64,000 nt of DNA, from NCBI GenBank assembly GCA_038496445.1, contig JALMLS010000440.1, positions 62,001 to 126,000 of the forward strand, read 5' to 3'. Under the pieces are notes generated by a model. The model was not told the DNA's origin. It searched no databases and saw only the letters and a program-made list of their open reading frames with translations. Positions 10,956 through 23,954 of the stretch are shown piece after piece. This DNA comes from Trichosphaerium sp. ATCC 40318 (lineage: Eukaryota > Protista > Tubulinea). Numbering within the stretch: the first letter of the stretch is position 1; each line of letters opens with the position of its first letter. The translations under genes were made by a program, and so were the position numbers.

Positions 10956-12754
10956 TCATGGCATAAGAAGGTTTTTCATTGTTTGTCTAATACGTTGTGG
11001 AGCATCATCAAATCTATTTGTTTCATATACTATTATACCTACTAAATGCAAAATAGGATCAGTCCGGAAGACTCTTTTTGGTAAAGTCCTGTCCTTTGAA
11101 ACACGATGCCATTGTTTCTATGTGAAACGGTAAGAAAACCAAAAAGTTTGTCATTCAGCTCTTTCAAAAATCGTCTACTACGTACACAGACCCTTGAGCA
11201 TGTTTCGATATATCCTGTGGAAAGGTTTTGCATAATATAAAGAGTAATCACATCTGGTACTCGTTGTGATTCATCATCAGAGTATGATATTGTTTGATTG
11301 TTTTTTTGTTTTAACATTTTATGTTCCTTGGCAAGTCGTATCAACAGCTGTATGCACTTTTTGATCTACAAAAAATCAGTTAATCACGTGATCGTCTAAA
11401 GCGCCTAAATAAAACGGATCCAAACGTTTTATTAGAGCTCCAGTTGGCAAGTCTTACCTGCAAGGCTTGTGTTGAAAAAACACTTGTGTTAATGTTTGTA
11501 TCAACAATACACAAGAGACCAACCATTGCTCTGAGATATGTCAGTTTCGATGTACACTCAGGATTAGATATTATATAATCTGCACATGCAAATGCCATTT
11601 CACAAAGAAGCTAGGAAAGAAACTAAATGACCAAAAATGTTGCATGGTTGCAAAATGCTTATTTGACTTAAAAGGAACCATGAAAACTTCAAAAAAAATC
11701 ACGTGAACAAGCAAGAACTGCCAGCCTTATTGTCTATTTCATGGGTCGTACATTTGCAGTTTCCTTACTGAGAGCATTATCACGTTGTAGTTTTGTGAGG
11801 ATACTAAAAACAGTACCATAACAGAGTTGCATTGGGTTAAAGATCCTTGAAAGTTCAGCTCTATCAGCAAGGTTTTTAGGTGAACTGTTCCACCTGACAT
11901 AGAATGAATACGAGTTCGAAATATAAGGCTTTTGCATCTAAAGAATTACATATTAATACACGCAAAAAGAATCATATTACTACAGTAATAAACCCAAAAA
12001 GTATTAGCCAATATCGCTACTATTTGCTTTGCTTGGTTTTTTTCACAAAGAATTATGACATTGTCTATTCGATAGTGTGGTAAAGGTAAAATGTCACATT
12101 AGGTTTTCTTAACTACATACCTGAATGTAATCAGATGACATTAATGTACCGATAGCAGTGACTACAATCCTACAGATCCACTCTGGCATGATATAATCCG
12201 TAGAACTATTTTCTGCCTCAGTTAGTGCATATTGAACAATGTCACCTACAATTGACACTAAAGGGTATCAACAACGAATACAAAATACAAGTTTATCCAC
12301 AAGCTCCAAACTCATCATGGCGAGAAAAAAGGTCACCAACACTTTCGTTTTTTTGGCACGTGAAATTTGCCTTTGGTCTTATTTTTAGGTCAAATACTTG
12401 TTAATTTCACCATTGAAAACGTTGCAGAGTATATCATACCTAGTTTATCTAATGGAGGGCCTCCTTCGATGAGCAAATCTACACTCTTCTGTACAGCATT
12501 ATACGCGGTTTTATTCTTATAATCCTCCTTCTCGACGTACCACTAGGCGATTTAGTAAAGTTTAAACGTGTTTTACAACGAACACGCCGAATAAGTTCTG
12601 TATGATCATCAAATGACCTTAGAGACGGTATTGTGACGTTTTTAAAGTCTTCTATGCATTTCAGACCCGTTTCAAATAACACAACGCCCTTTCCTTCTTG
12701 TGCCTCTGGTTTTGCATCAGGGACGAGTTTAAGCTTTGAACTGAGGCTTCCCAT
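10956..12754 (-). CDS. CYRI/FAM49-family protein, copy 2 (inverted paralogue of 2331-4199)
   Basis: Same exon structure and motifs (MGSLSS; KPYISNSYSFYVRW; LLCEMAFAC; YLRAMVGLLCIVD); stop at 10956-10958. Confidence 0.8.
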
Positions 12755-13911
12755 TAGTTAATTGGAACGTGCTTTTATCAAAGTTTATTAATTTAATAAA
12801 AGTGTAACCTATTTTTAGTTCGGTCACTCGTAAACTTAATCTCGCCGTTATCAATAATGATAATGACTTTATCTTGTAACTACGAACCTCCTTTGCTTCC
12901 ATTACTTTGTTTAAAAATATCACAAATACCATTTTTCCTTTGTTAGTATCTGTCTATTACTTTGGCAATAGCCAATACAATATAAAATTTTGGGAAAAAA
13001 TATTGTAGCCCTTCCTTGTTTCGAAGATAAACTATTACTTTGATTGGTACCTCAACAAGCTCAAATCATCCTGACTTGTTGTTTAGATAACTGTAGCTTT
13101 GTTCGTACACATTGTATCAAAGCGTTAGATCCCTACCGTCCATTGGTTCCTACAAACAACAACACCAGACTGAAGGAGAAGCTATCTCTTGGCTTGACCG
13201 CTTGGTCATGAAGCCTGAGACCCTTGTTTTATTAAAAGTCGCAGACACAATAAAACAATCACCGAAAAAACCAACACTTTTCCACAAGGAACAATGGCCA
13301 ATTTCTGGAGGAGTATTGTCCGTATCATTCAAGTTTGCGACAGGTTTGGCAGAAGTATCAAAGTGTAAGATCTTGCAAGAACTGACAGCTTTGATAAAAA
13401 CCTGCTGAACCAGTGCAATGTGAATGCATCACATTCTATAACTCATGACAATGTACCTTCCTTGCCGTCCTTATGTACGTTAAGGCAAGACGAAAAAGCA
13501 CTGTGTCAAAGTCACATCATCTAACAAGACGATCTCAGTATTTCACGTAGGGCGCTCTCATTACTACTCACCCAGTAGCCATAAAAACGAGTACGAATCA
13601 ATAATTATTTACATTTTAACTAACAAGCACCACGCGCGAATGCTGGCACATTCAGGCGTAAAGAGGAGTATTTAACGTGAGATAACGTTAAAACCTCAAA
13701 GAAAATTCCAAGCGCTTCCAAAGTATCTTGCTGCATGTACGGTATAACATAGCGTAATAATCCGTTTTAGAGTATAGGAGACAATCGTTGGACCTTAGAG
13801 GTCAGAGACATAAGCTAATGTACCAAATAAATAATGGTGGTTAAGAACACGTGGTGTCTCAATAAATTTGTATGCGTTTTTTGTACCTGTCCAAGTGGAT
13901 TTAGTTTGTTC

Positions 13912-14018
13912 CAGAACTGACAAGATCCGTCAGATCTTGTAGTTTTTAACAGATCTTGCAAGAACTAACAAGATCTTGTAAGAACTAACAGAACTTGCAA
14001 GATCTGTCAGATCTGACT
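13912..14018. repeat. scrambled short-repeat cluster built on AGATCTTGCAAGAACT(G/A)ACA
   Basis: 20-bp unit twice at 13951-13990 plus partial and inverted pieces; 19/20 match to 13368-13387. Confidence 0.8.
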
Positions 14019-14088
14019 AAACACGAAAACCAAAAGTCACAAACAGCAAAAAGTTGCAAAGATTAGCAAACTTGAATGATACGGACAA

Positions 14089-14275
14089 TATTTACATCAA
14101 TGATGAAGACGGAGTATGCAAGGAATACCATGCCAATGGCCAATTGGAGTCACAGTGTACATACATTGATGGTTACAAAGAAGGAGAATATAAGGAATGG
14201 GACGAAAATGGCAAATTGATAGATCACAGTAATTATGTCAACAATAAACGAGTAGGAGATTACAAGACAAAATAA
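14089..14275 (+). pseudogene. 5'-truncated MORN-variant fragment
   Basis: IYINDEDGVCKEYHANGQL...VGDYKTK matches the C-terminus of the 37157-38010 gene except one residue; no leader. Confidence 0.9.
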
Positions 14276-14660
14276 CGATAACGATGACCAAGTGTAGTTT
14301 ATTTTGAAAATAATAAACAAATTTAACTTCAATGATACTGTACTCATAAAATCCACTAAGGAGGACACTTAACACCTTTATTGCTTTGTTAGCCGTTTAA
14401 GTTTTTGGGACCGACTTTTACCGGCTGAGAAAAATAAGAGAAAACTCAAACCTTTTTTGCATTTTAGCTTGGACCTATGTCAACATAGCATTTTTAAACA
14501 GCTAGCCGATAGCCAATTTTGCTGCTGAGTTTCTTAGCCGTCCGTTAACCAGCTACGGATTTTATAGCCGGCTTAGCCGGGACCAGATCGCGACCTCTAT
14601 AACTCAAACTTCTGCAACATATCAATACAAGATTAATAAGAATGCTAAGTTATCCCTTTT
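14089..14660 (+). repeat. inverted segmental copy of about 36709-37343 (3' end of MORN gene, 3' flank and MITE)
   Basis: 14089-14343 is nearly identical to the reverse complement of 37086-37343; 14465-14660 aligns more loosely to 36709-36920. Confidence 0.92.
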
Positions 14661-14810
14661 TCTAAAGCACGTGATACAAGTCCAAAATGAAAAAGACTAT
14701 AGTAACGTTAGAACAGGTACGAGCTTGCTAGCTTGGGTATTTGTAATCAAAGTTAACAACTGTATAGGATAAAAACAGGCTAAAACAACAGCTAAAGCGA
14801 CTCCAATGCC

Positions 14811-16415
14811 ATGAAAACTTGGTGGAGTCGTTTGAAAGGTGATGAAAGAGTATTACTAAAACTTGTTTAAACTCCAAATAGGATAGTATCATACGTTGTT
14901 CATACGCGAGATCCGTTTATTCATGGTCCTCAACTGATTGTACCGCCCCATCAAAGCCATTACACCAAAACAAGGCCAAATACATCCAAATGCTTTTTCA
15001 CAGGTACCCATGACCCATTTGAACGCAGTTACAACTCTAGGATGACTCTTACTTTGTTTAGATTGTCCAACTGAAATAATTTTCAAGTTCTTGGACAACC
15101 TTGAAGGATACGACTTGAAGTCTCTTTCTTCTGTTTGTCGTATGCTTAATCACATTGTTTCGAATGAATCAAAGTACATGCGCAAATGTCTTGAGTCTAT
15201 TGTAAGATTTTGAAAGCACGTGACAACTCTAACGTGATGATAGATAAAGTTAAAAACAAGTCAAAGATTGAAACCTTTCTTCAAAGATAATTGCAACTAC
15301 TGGCGTACATGCCTTTCTTCTTTTACTTCCAGTTCTCCTGATCTCATTCTATTAGATTATCGTACCCCATTAGTATGGCAAGTATCAAAGAAAGCGAGAT
15401 GTCTCTTAAAGTTAGATAAGTCTGGTTCAAAAACAAACCAAACAATCAATCAACACCTTGCTGAAGCACAAAGAATCCTCAAGAACAATACAATTCAGGT
15501 TGGTATCATTAGGTACAATAGTCATATTGAGTATCAAAGTAAGTCGTATCATACCATACATGCTTATGAAGAGCAAGTAGAAAAGAGTACAATACAGGAA
15601 GAAACAATAACACCAGAAATCGTGTGTGAGAGGTGTTCTCAGACAGTTCGTCCAAATAGGTTACAGTATGTTCTTGTTTTGAGCATTTACTCTCGTTTCT
15701 CAACCAAATTATCTAATAACTATTACAGCACTACAGATATTTCATGGCTTACAACCAAGCTCACGGCAAATCGATTCAGCAACTTGGATTTTTTTGATTT
15801 TGAAGTATATGTTTTCTTCATGTCATTGATGCATTACTTACCTACCAACGATGGACTGGTTCTCATTCATGAAAGAATAAAATATATAAGAGAGATAGCC
15901 ATAAAACCTCATCGAAAAGTGATCGTTGTCTTTGAAGACACCAAGGAATTCACTGAGAGCATTAAAACAGTCCATTAAGCACGTGTTTTCCTGAATTTGA
16001 AGGTACCTTTGGTTTTTGTGGTTCAAGACTAACTCTCTTCAAGGTAGAGACTTCGAGGATTCTATTCTATACATCAAAAGAAATGTAAGGAAAGGTTCTT
16101 GCGGTACAGTTGTCTGTCTAGAAAACCGTTTGAAATGGAGTGAAGTTCTGTACATATTACATAGGTCATGGTGTGGAGCTAGATTTATGGTTGGTCATTA
16201 TTGTCCATTAAAAAAAAAAATACTGGCTATTCCGTAAACACAGGGATACCCCATCAATCATTGTAAGTCTTTTGCTTTCACCCATAAATCTTACATATTC
16301 TTTTTAACTGACCTACAAAGTTTTTAAGATATTAATACCGACTGGTACACTCACTTATCAGGGTGTGTAGTTATGTGTGACATTGACAAATATGTGTTTT
16401 GTATTACTAAAATAA
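14811..16415 (+). CDS. F-box protein (ends approximate)
   Basis: Spliced FFTDCPTEIIFKFLDNLEGYDLKSLSSVC (F-box) near 15000-15140, followed by long exon 15268-15978 and further exons. Confidence 0.6.
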
Positions 16416-16954
16416 ACAGTACTGTGTTTCAAGACATTATTGTTATATTAAATCAAGGAATGGGTCCCACAGCATTTTGGTGGCTCAGCTGACAGGTAGA
16501 TAGTTCAGTTGGGTTGGTTTTAGTGTTGACACAGCAATTGCACGTGATTGGCGAACCGTATCAGGTTGATGCTCACTGAGGAAAAAACACTTCAGATATC
16601 TAGCAACTTATGTCTCTTTATTTACAGAACGGCAGCTGAAAACTCCGTAAAACCTTGAGTCCGTCTGTTTTGTTGAATTTATTGTGTTTTTGCAATGTAT
16701 TGTACAAAGATATATAAGATATTAGTGCTCTATTGATAGCCACTAAGACTTTGCCTTTCCTTCCAAACAATTTATTAGTTGTCTAGCTGGCGCAACAGTT
16801 ATTCTAACACGTGTTAGATTGGACAAATGACATTGTCAATTGTAAGGGATACGCGCTTTGGGAGGAAAGACGCTCAGTCTTTGCACGTGTTATTGACCTC
16901 TGTTGAAATAATTTATAGCATCGTTAGAGCTAATTTACTAGTTATTAGCTCTTA

Positions 16955-18165
16955 ATGAAAGCGAAACGCCAAGTAAGAGTAAGCTAGTGGTTAAAACAAC
17001 TAATATTTAACTTTAGCTCAGTCACAACATAGAACAAGACTGTAAACTTCTATTAAACCTTCCATTAGAGCTTCACCTTGATATTATAGATCTAGATTTT
17101 GATATTTATCTAAAATGGCCTTTATTTTCAAAGTACACAGCAACAACAACGAGATTTGATGCTGACTTACGAAAAAATGGTAAATGGTTGAAAAAACAAA
17201 GGAAAGAAAGTATATCGAAATTAGTATGTCGAGAGTATTGGATACAAGGTAAACGTGATGGAGAGTGTACTCACTGGTGGTTCACAGGGCATTTGTATTC
17301 GCATTGTAATTACGTCAATGGCAAGATTGAAGGAGAGTACAAGGAGTGGGGCGATGAAGGACAACTTCAGAAACAATATTTTTACATCAACGGTGAAAGA
17401 GAAGGAGAATACAAGCATTGGTATGCTTCAACAAGCTTAAGTGAACATGGTCATTATTTAAATGATAAATTAGAAGGAGATCAAACAAAATGGTTCGCAA
17501 ACGGCCGATTGGAGAGGCACTGCCACTTTGTTAATGGCGAACGAGATGGAGAGTGTAAAAATTGGTATCCAAATGGTCAATTGGAGTTTCATGGAAGCTA
17601 TAAGGAGGGCGCACGTGAAGGAGAACACAGACACTGGTACAAGAATGGTCAATTGTGTTACAAGGAGACATATGTTGATGGATTTGAAGAAGGAGAATTC
17701 CTACGTTGGTGTCACAATGGAATAATGGTAAAGCAGTGTTATTACATACGAGGTGAGCTTGAAGGAGATGCAAAGAGTTGGTTTCCCTTTGGTGGCTTAT
17801 GGATATCTCATCATTATGTCAATGGTAAAAAAGAAGGTGAGTGCAAGACTTGGAATTCTAATGGACAATTGGAATATCTTGAAAACTATGTTAATGGCAA
17901 GTTAGAAGGTATACAAAAAGGTTGGTACCCAAATGGTGCATTAGCAAGAGAATATTATTTCATAAATGGTAAGTTTGAAGGAAAAGACAGGAGGTGGTAT
18001 AGAAATGGCCAATTGAAGGAGCAGCACAATTATGTCAATGGTGAATATGAAGGGGAGTACAGGTGTTGGTATATTCATGGCCAATCGAAGGAGTTCAGGT
18101 TTTATATTGACGGCAAAGTTGTTTTGCGTAAACTATGGAATGAATATGGCGAACTGATTGATTGA
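16955..18165 (+). CDS. F-box-like + MORN-variant repeat protein, apparently intact
   Basis: MKAKRQ / intron about 16973-17016 / LSHNIEQDCKLLLNLPLELHLDIIDLDFDIYLKWPLFSK..TRFD..KNGKW, then about 12-13 24-aa repeats in one open frame. Confidence 0.88.
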
Positions 18166-18318
18166 ATGCCATTGAACAAGGAACAAGAGATTTTTGTAAC
18201 ATCCTATTAACAAGCTAAGTTATTGTTAAGAACAAATTAATGTCTTGGAATGTCTGTCTTGTTGTGCAAAATTAAGGTCAAAAGGTCTTTATTTATACTA
18301 AAGTACAAAGAATAAAGT

Positions 18319-21300
18319 TTAACCAAATAATTTCTTCAAGTACTTTGTAAAGAAGTTATGAAATGTATCAGCGACGTCAGCAGTCTAATTACAGTTAGAA
18401 AAATACATCAATATAAAAAAGACGGCGCAGCTTTGGCTTAAAATGTCAAGAAAAGAAAAAAATAAGAAAGAACAAAATTAACCACTTACTTTCTCGAATC
18501 TGAACTTTGCTGTATGGTGACCGAAGAACTCATAATCAAGATTAAACTCTGGGAATACATTCTTTCCAATATTAGCCGCAGACATTTCAGTTACTTGAAC
18601 ACTGTAAAGAAAACCAGTTAGTAAGAAAAAAACCAGATTGATTTAATATTTTGCGTACGCATTAACGCCAACAACATCTGGGTTAATATCAGTTTGGAGT
18701 CCAATTTCATGCTTAAGAGCGGTCAAGAATTGACTGACTGAGAGATGGACATCAAAACTAAAGTCACCACTGGTTACAGTAATGTTGACATCGGCAACAA
18801 TACCAATTATATCAAGACCTCCAGCTATTTGGAAACCTAAAAAACAAGTTTGTGACTCGCTCATGCTTTGTAGCTAATATTATCCTTTACCTGCTGCATA
18901 GTATTGGTGGTCGTATTCTCCAGCGTCAGGTGCAATATAGAAAGAAAAGTCCTTGAATCCCCAAGCGGCTGGAATTGTGTTGATGTCGATATGACCTCCA
19001 ACAAGTTTGTTCCATTCGGAAGCAATGTCTCTATAGTTTAAAGTTAATATCGTGTTGTTTATATTTATATGAGTAACCTGAAAGAGAGCGCAAGTCCGTG
19101 AGGACCATCAATCTTAGTCTTTAAGAATAGTTTCCACACATCAGGAATATTAGCAAACCCATACATCTCAATCACTTCAGAGCCAACACTAATTGGATTT
19201 TGATTAGAAATCTTTTTTTACGTTTTCTTCTACAAAAAAAACGCACGTGATCGAAAAGCCAAGTCCGAGTTCAGAAAGACATCCGTCAATAGCACATAAT
19301 TCAGGGTTAAATCCAATATCAACCTCAACATCAGAAATATCGAAACCTGTAAAGAGAATAAATAATAATACAAAAAATAAAAGTTTCACTTGTGCTTTGA
19401 AGGCGGTACCTTTGATTCCGAACATATCCATCCAAGTGCCTACCATATCACCTTCAAGTGATACAGCACCATCAACGTTAAAAGTACCCTTTGCGTCAAA
19501 TTCAAGTTGAGGGTTGTGAGAAAAGTTAACTTTAACTCCAGCACCAACTGAAATATCAGCTTCAGTATCAACAGAAAATTGTAATCCAGTAAATATCATA
19601 TCTTTGTTTATACGCAATGCAGGAAGTCCGAGTCCAAATGTAACATCTCCTATAACAATAAAGGTCAAAAAAAAGGTGATACCGAGGAAGAAGGCAAAAA
19701 ATAAAAAAAAAGTGCCTGGTGAGAAGATTGGTAATCCCAAAGATAAAGTGAATGTTTCTGATTGTAATCCTGTATGGAAAATTTCAAGCTTCTTCAATAA
19801 TTCTCCTTTGATTGTACAAGATTCGCTTAGAGTCAATCCAGTTGCACTGTTTAATCCAACATCAATAGAATTCGTTATTGTAGTTGTATCAGCTAATGAT
19901 GAAGGTGCTTTTTGTCCAAGCTTACTGAGGACGTCTACAAGCGAAAAAGGTTAAAGTTGACTCTAGAAAAGAAACTTGGAAAATAACAAGAAACTTGAAA
20001 CAGGCTTTACTCTGAAACGTTAATTGAAAAAAGAAATGCCAGAGCAAGTAATACTACTCCGTTTCTCAGTAGTAAAACGTGCTGAACTTTTCATCGATGA
20101 CGTAGTGATGAGAAAAACAAGTTCAAAACGAAAAAAATTTACCTTGAAGAGAAATAACAGTAACATCAGCTACGTCCAATTGCCAGTCCATAAAGTTATT
20201 TTCTGCTTGGATAGATGTATGAAGTTTATTTGTGTCCTTTGCGAAATCAAGCTCAGAGTCCATAGATAGCGATAAAGATGTTAATCCTCCAGTCAATGAG
20301 AAAGAGAATGAAATAGATGTATCATCAATTGTCAACCATTTGATATCGAATGGGTGATCCCATGGTGTAGTTATAGAACCTGACATTGTGAAGGATTCAC
20401 TAGCGGAGTTAACATCACCAGAAATAGAGAAATCAATAGGAGTAGATTGGTGACGTAAAGTGAGGTCGCCTAAGAGATTGGTAAACTTTTTTTCTTCGAA
20501 ACAAAGACTTCGAACCTGTTGTGCTGATGCTAACTTCAGGTGCTGGTAAGATGATAAATTTCATTGTATAACCATTAAGAGCAATATTGGATGTGTATTG
20601 GATTTTACCAGTCTCTTGTACGGAGAATGAAAGAGTAGCTGGCATTTGAGAGAATAGAGGAATGAAAAAGTGGACATTGAAAATAAAGTCAAGAGGATTA
20701 ACCTTTGGTGAAAGCGCTCTATACCCAAGTAAGAAAAATATGGTAACAAGTGGCGTTAAAACATACTTGATAACATGTCCAAGAGGTGAGTCAATGTTCA
20801 CAGATAATAGTCCATCAACAGTGAGTCCTAAAGCCAAAAGTTAAGATTTTAATAATCAGAAGAGGAAAAGCTCCACTGCGACCTCATTCGTACCTGTTTC
20901 AGAGTCTATTGTAATAGTGCTTTGTAGTGATGAGTCTGATAACATCTTAGGTGCTGGATGTCCAGTGACGTCTTGGAAGAACGTATTGATGTTAGGAATG
21001 GTTGAAGCCATAGTCAAGGTGAAGTCTTCGAAATCTGGAGGTCCGAACGTAATAGATACTTGAGCGTTAACACCGAAAGTCATATCAGCTGATCCTGACA
21101 TAGAGAGAGAAGATAGCCCTTCTTCAAAGTGAAGATCGGCTTTAAGCGTCTCGAAAGTAAGCCACTTAAGACCAAATGGTTCTTTCCAAGGCGATTCAAG
21201 ATTACCAGAAACATCGAATCCTTGGCCTTCTCCTATTACTCCAGACAAATCAAATGTAACTGGAGAAGAGCTGTGTTTTGCTAGTGTGGATAGGTCAGCT

Positions 21301-23626
21301 GTGAAGTCTATGCCAGGTGTAGGGAGTAGCTCAATTCTGATTTTTGCGTTGTTCAATGTCATATCAGAAGATATTTTGATAGGAGATGGGTCTGTTAGAA
21401 CGAACTGTATCTCTGCTTGGTTTTGTCCGAAAACAGGTATGAATATATCAAAAGTATAATCGAATGATGGGCTTTTGGTAATATCTTTCAATGCTTTTCC
21501 AATTGTTCCAGTTGATGATATAACACCTTTTCCTGTGATATCAAGACCTGAAAAAAAAAAGTCAATTGAAAATAAGTCACAAGAGACAGCATTCTTCACA
21601 ACAAGAAAAGAAATGCAATAAAAGATTCGAGAAGGGTTTCAAGTAGGTTTTAACCGTTTTGGTTTTGAAGCGAGAGGTATCACGTGAGCTTAAAAATTTA
21701 GCGAATTTTCTGAGATTGAGAAAAACTTTCGAGGGTCGTTTTGGCAAGGCTGGTAACGGTCGTTATTTGACTAACCTTCTTTGATTGATCCAGTGTTGTA
21801 GTTAGATAAAGTGAGTGTAACATCTCCTGTGACACCAATTTCGTTGGCACTTGGAGGTTGCTTGTCAATGATATCATCAAACAATTGGTCCATTCCCACA
21901 ATAGAAGTAGACAAAACCAAATCAAACTCAAGGCTCTCAGTGGATGCATCTACAGACCAGCTAGCCTACACACAACCATTAGGAGAAAATCGCGGGAGAA
22001 GATAAAGTTTTAAGTGAATACTTACGGAGATAGGAGTGCTAGTCTTTGAAAAAGTAACAAGTGCTTCACCTGAAAAGTCAAGCTTAGCAGGAGGTGCTGA
22101 GAATTCTAACGTTGCGCCAGACTTAAAAGACAGCCATTTTTGGCCAAAAGCATCCTTCCAAGCGCTTGTGGTTGAGCCTAAACGGCAAACGTCAGCAAGC
22201 GAAATCATGATAATGGATAACGAACCCTTAAAGTCAATAGACTCGACAGCAACGAAATCAGCGGAAACATGGAAGTCAACAGTATCGTCTTTGAATGCAA
22301 TAGCAAGGTCAGAGGATAAAGATACTTCTGGGTTCTTTGCTGCTACCAAGTGAAGGTCAAGGTTCGATGCTTTAATACTCTAAACCCAGAAGTTAAAAAA
22401 AGTGATATCACTTAGCAACATGCCTTTGACTTGAAATAGAGTGGTGTTACAATCTCTAGGTCAAGAGTAGCGTATGGACTAGTGCTAAGAAGAGGAAATA
22501 CAGCCTAAAATATGATAAAGTTATTACACGCAGATAGGAGTTCTGTTGTAAAACACTTACGTCGAATTTACCAGTTATGGTGGAAGCGCCAGCGAGTTGC
22601 TTTAGTTTAGCGTATCCAGGGAATGTAGATTCAAGAATAAAAGATCCTTCCATTGTAAGTCCCTTCTTGTAGGTTGCTCCTTTGAGATCCGTAAAATCAG
22701 TGCTAAAAATAACGTAAGACATAGACAACGAACACGAAAACCATCGAAGGAGCCCAAACAAAAGTACGAAGAAAAGGCGGAAAAGTCCAAACAGTTTTCG
22801 ACAAAAAAAAAAAAGGAAGGCTAGAAAAACTTGCCTCGCCGCTTCAATGGTGTTCTTTCCTGTCAATCTAACAGCGCTGAACCATTTAGATCCAGTATTT
22901 TTTGTAACGTTACTTGGGAATGATGTTATATCAGCTTCAAAGCTAGAAATATCATTAGGTTTAAATCACGTGATACACAAAGAAGAGAATGAGCGCACTC
23001 AATGTAGATTTTCAAGTCTTCTGTACCAACATCGTGAACAAAAACCATAAGCAAATCAACGTGCGTATTTCCCCATACAGAAGCATCAGCGGCTACAGTA
23101 AGCTCTTCTACCGTTCCCTTTGTAATAACATTTGTTGTGACGTTATCAAGGCGAAGAGAAACAACCGAGGCGTTCGAACCTAACCGGGTAAACATACAAA
23201 GAACTAACGAAATGAAAATCACGTTTTTTGTCACAAGCTTGGAGTTTTTTTCATAACACGTGGGTATTTGCGTTTTCGCGACAATAAGCAAAAAATAGAT
23301 TATTCTTACCTGTTTGAAACGTAGCTTGAACAAAGTCCCAAGACGATGAGTTAAACGCATATTTTGATAATTGTTTTTTAGTTTTAATGTAATTTTCCAA
23401 CTTCGCCAGTGTGCTATCAGCTTGGAATCTACCCAAGTTCTGAGACAAAAACTTGGTAGCCTCTTTCTAAAAAGCGAAGGAAGTGTCAACAATGCATGTA
23501 AAATGAATCTAGACGTCTAATTATTACCATTCTGGTGGGTTTTGGAATGTTCCCGCTGTATCCTGATACAGAAGCAAGGATAAACAAAGCTAATATTGCT
23601 CCAAGGCAATATACTTTTAGTGCCAT
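18319..23626 (-). CDS. large secreted beta-rich protein with internal W-x-x-[PAM]-F-G-x-K repeats (many exons)
   Basis: Signal peptide MALKVYCLGAILALFILASVSG; consecutive minus-strand exons with alternating hydrophobic beta-strand pattern; AWKDAFGQKWLSF, PWKEPFGLKWLTF, PWDHPFDIKWLTI, TWMDMFGIKG; ends ..KYLKKLFG*. Confidence 0.8.
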
Positions 23627-23954
23627 GTTGCCAATACGTGTAATGAGCGTAGTTTAGTACTGTTAGGTAAGTTTGGGTTTAGTACACATTTGCCAACAAA
23701 CTAACAATGTTTCCCTTAGCAACGTGAAACTTTCTATGTTTTAACATTCTATGTAAAGACCGCAGCCAGCAGATGATCACAATACATCCAAATATGCTTG
23801 CGTATGACGCTTCAGTTATTAACAAAACCAATGTACCTTATCTTGTTCTAATCTTCTATTTAAATTACAATGGTAAGGAAGTCCAACTTACAGCTACGCC
23901 AAACGTCAAGCCCACTTTCTGTCAATGCGTATTTTGGCGATTTTTTGTGGAAGG

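Noticed and set aside
13000-13520. Possible minus-strand gene remnant
   Set aside because: Multiple stops and no identifiable family; noted only as the template source for the 13912-14090 junction
14089-14275. Diversity-generating retroelement template/variable repeat pair with 37157-37343
   Set aside because: No reverse transcriptase in the window, the few differences are not adenine-specific, and homology extends into 3' flank
19247-23183. Plus-strand ORFs in the track overlapping the large secreted gene
   Set aside because: Antisense shadows of the minus-strand exons
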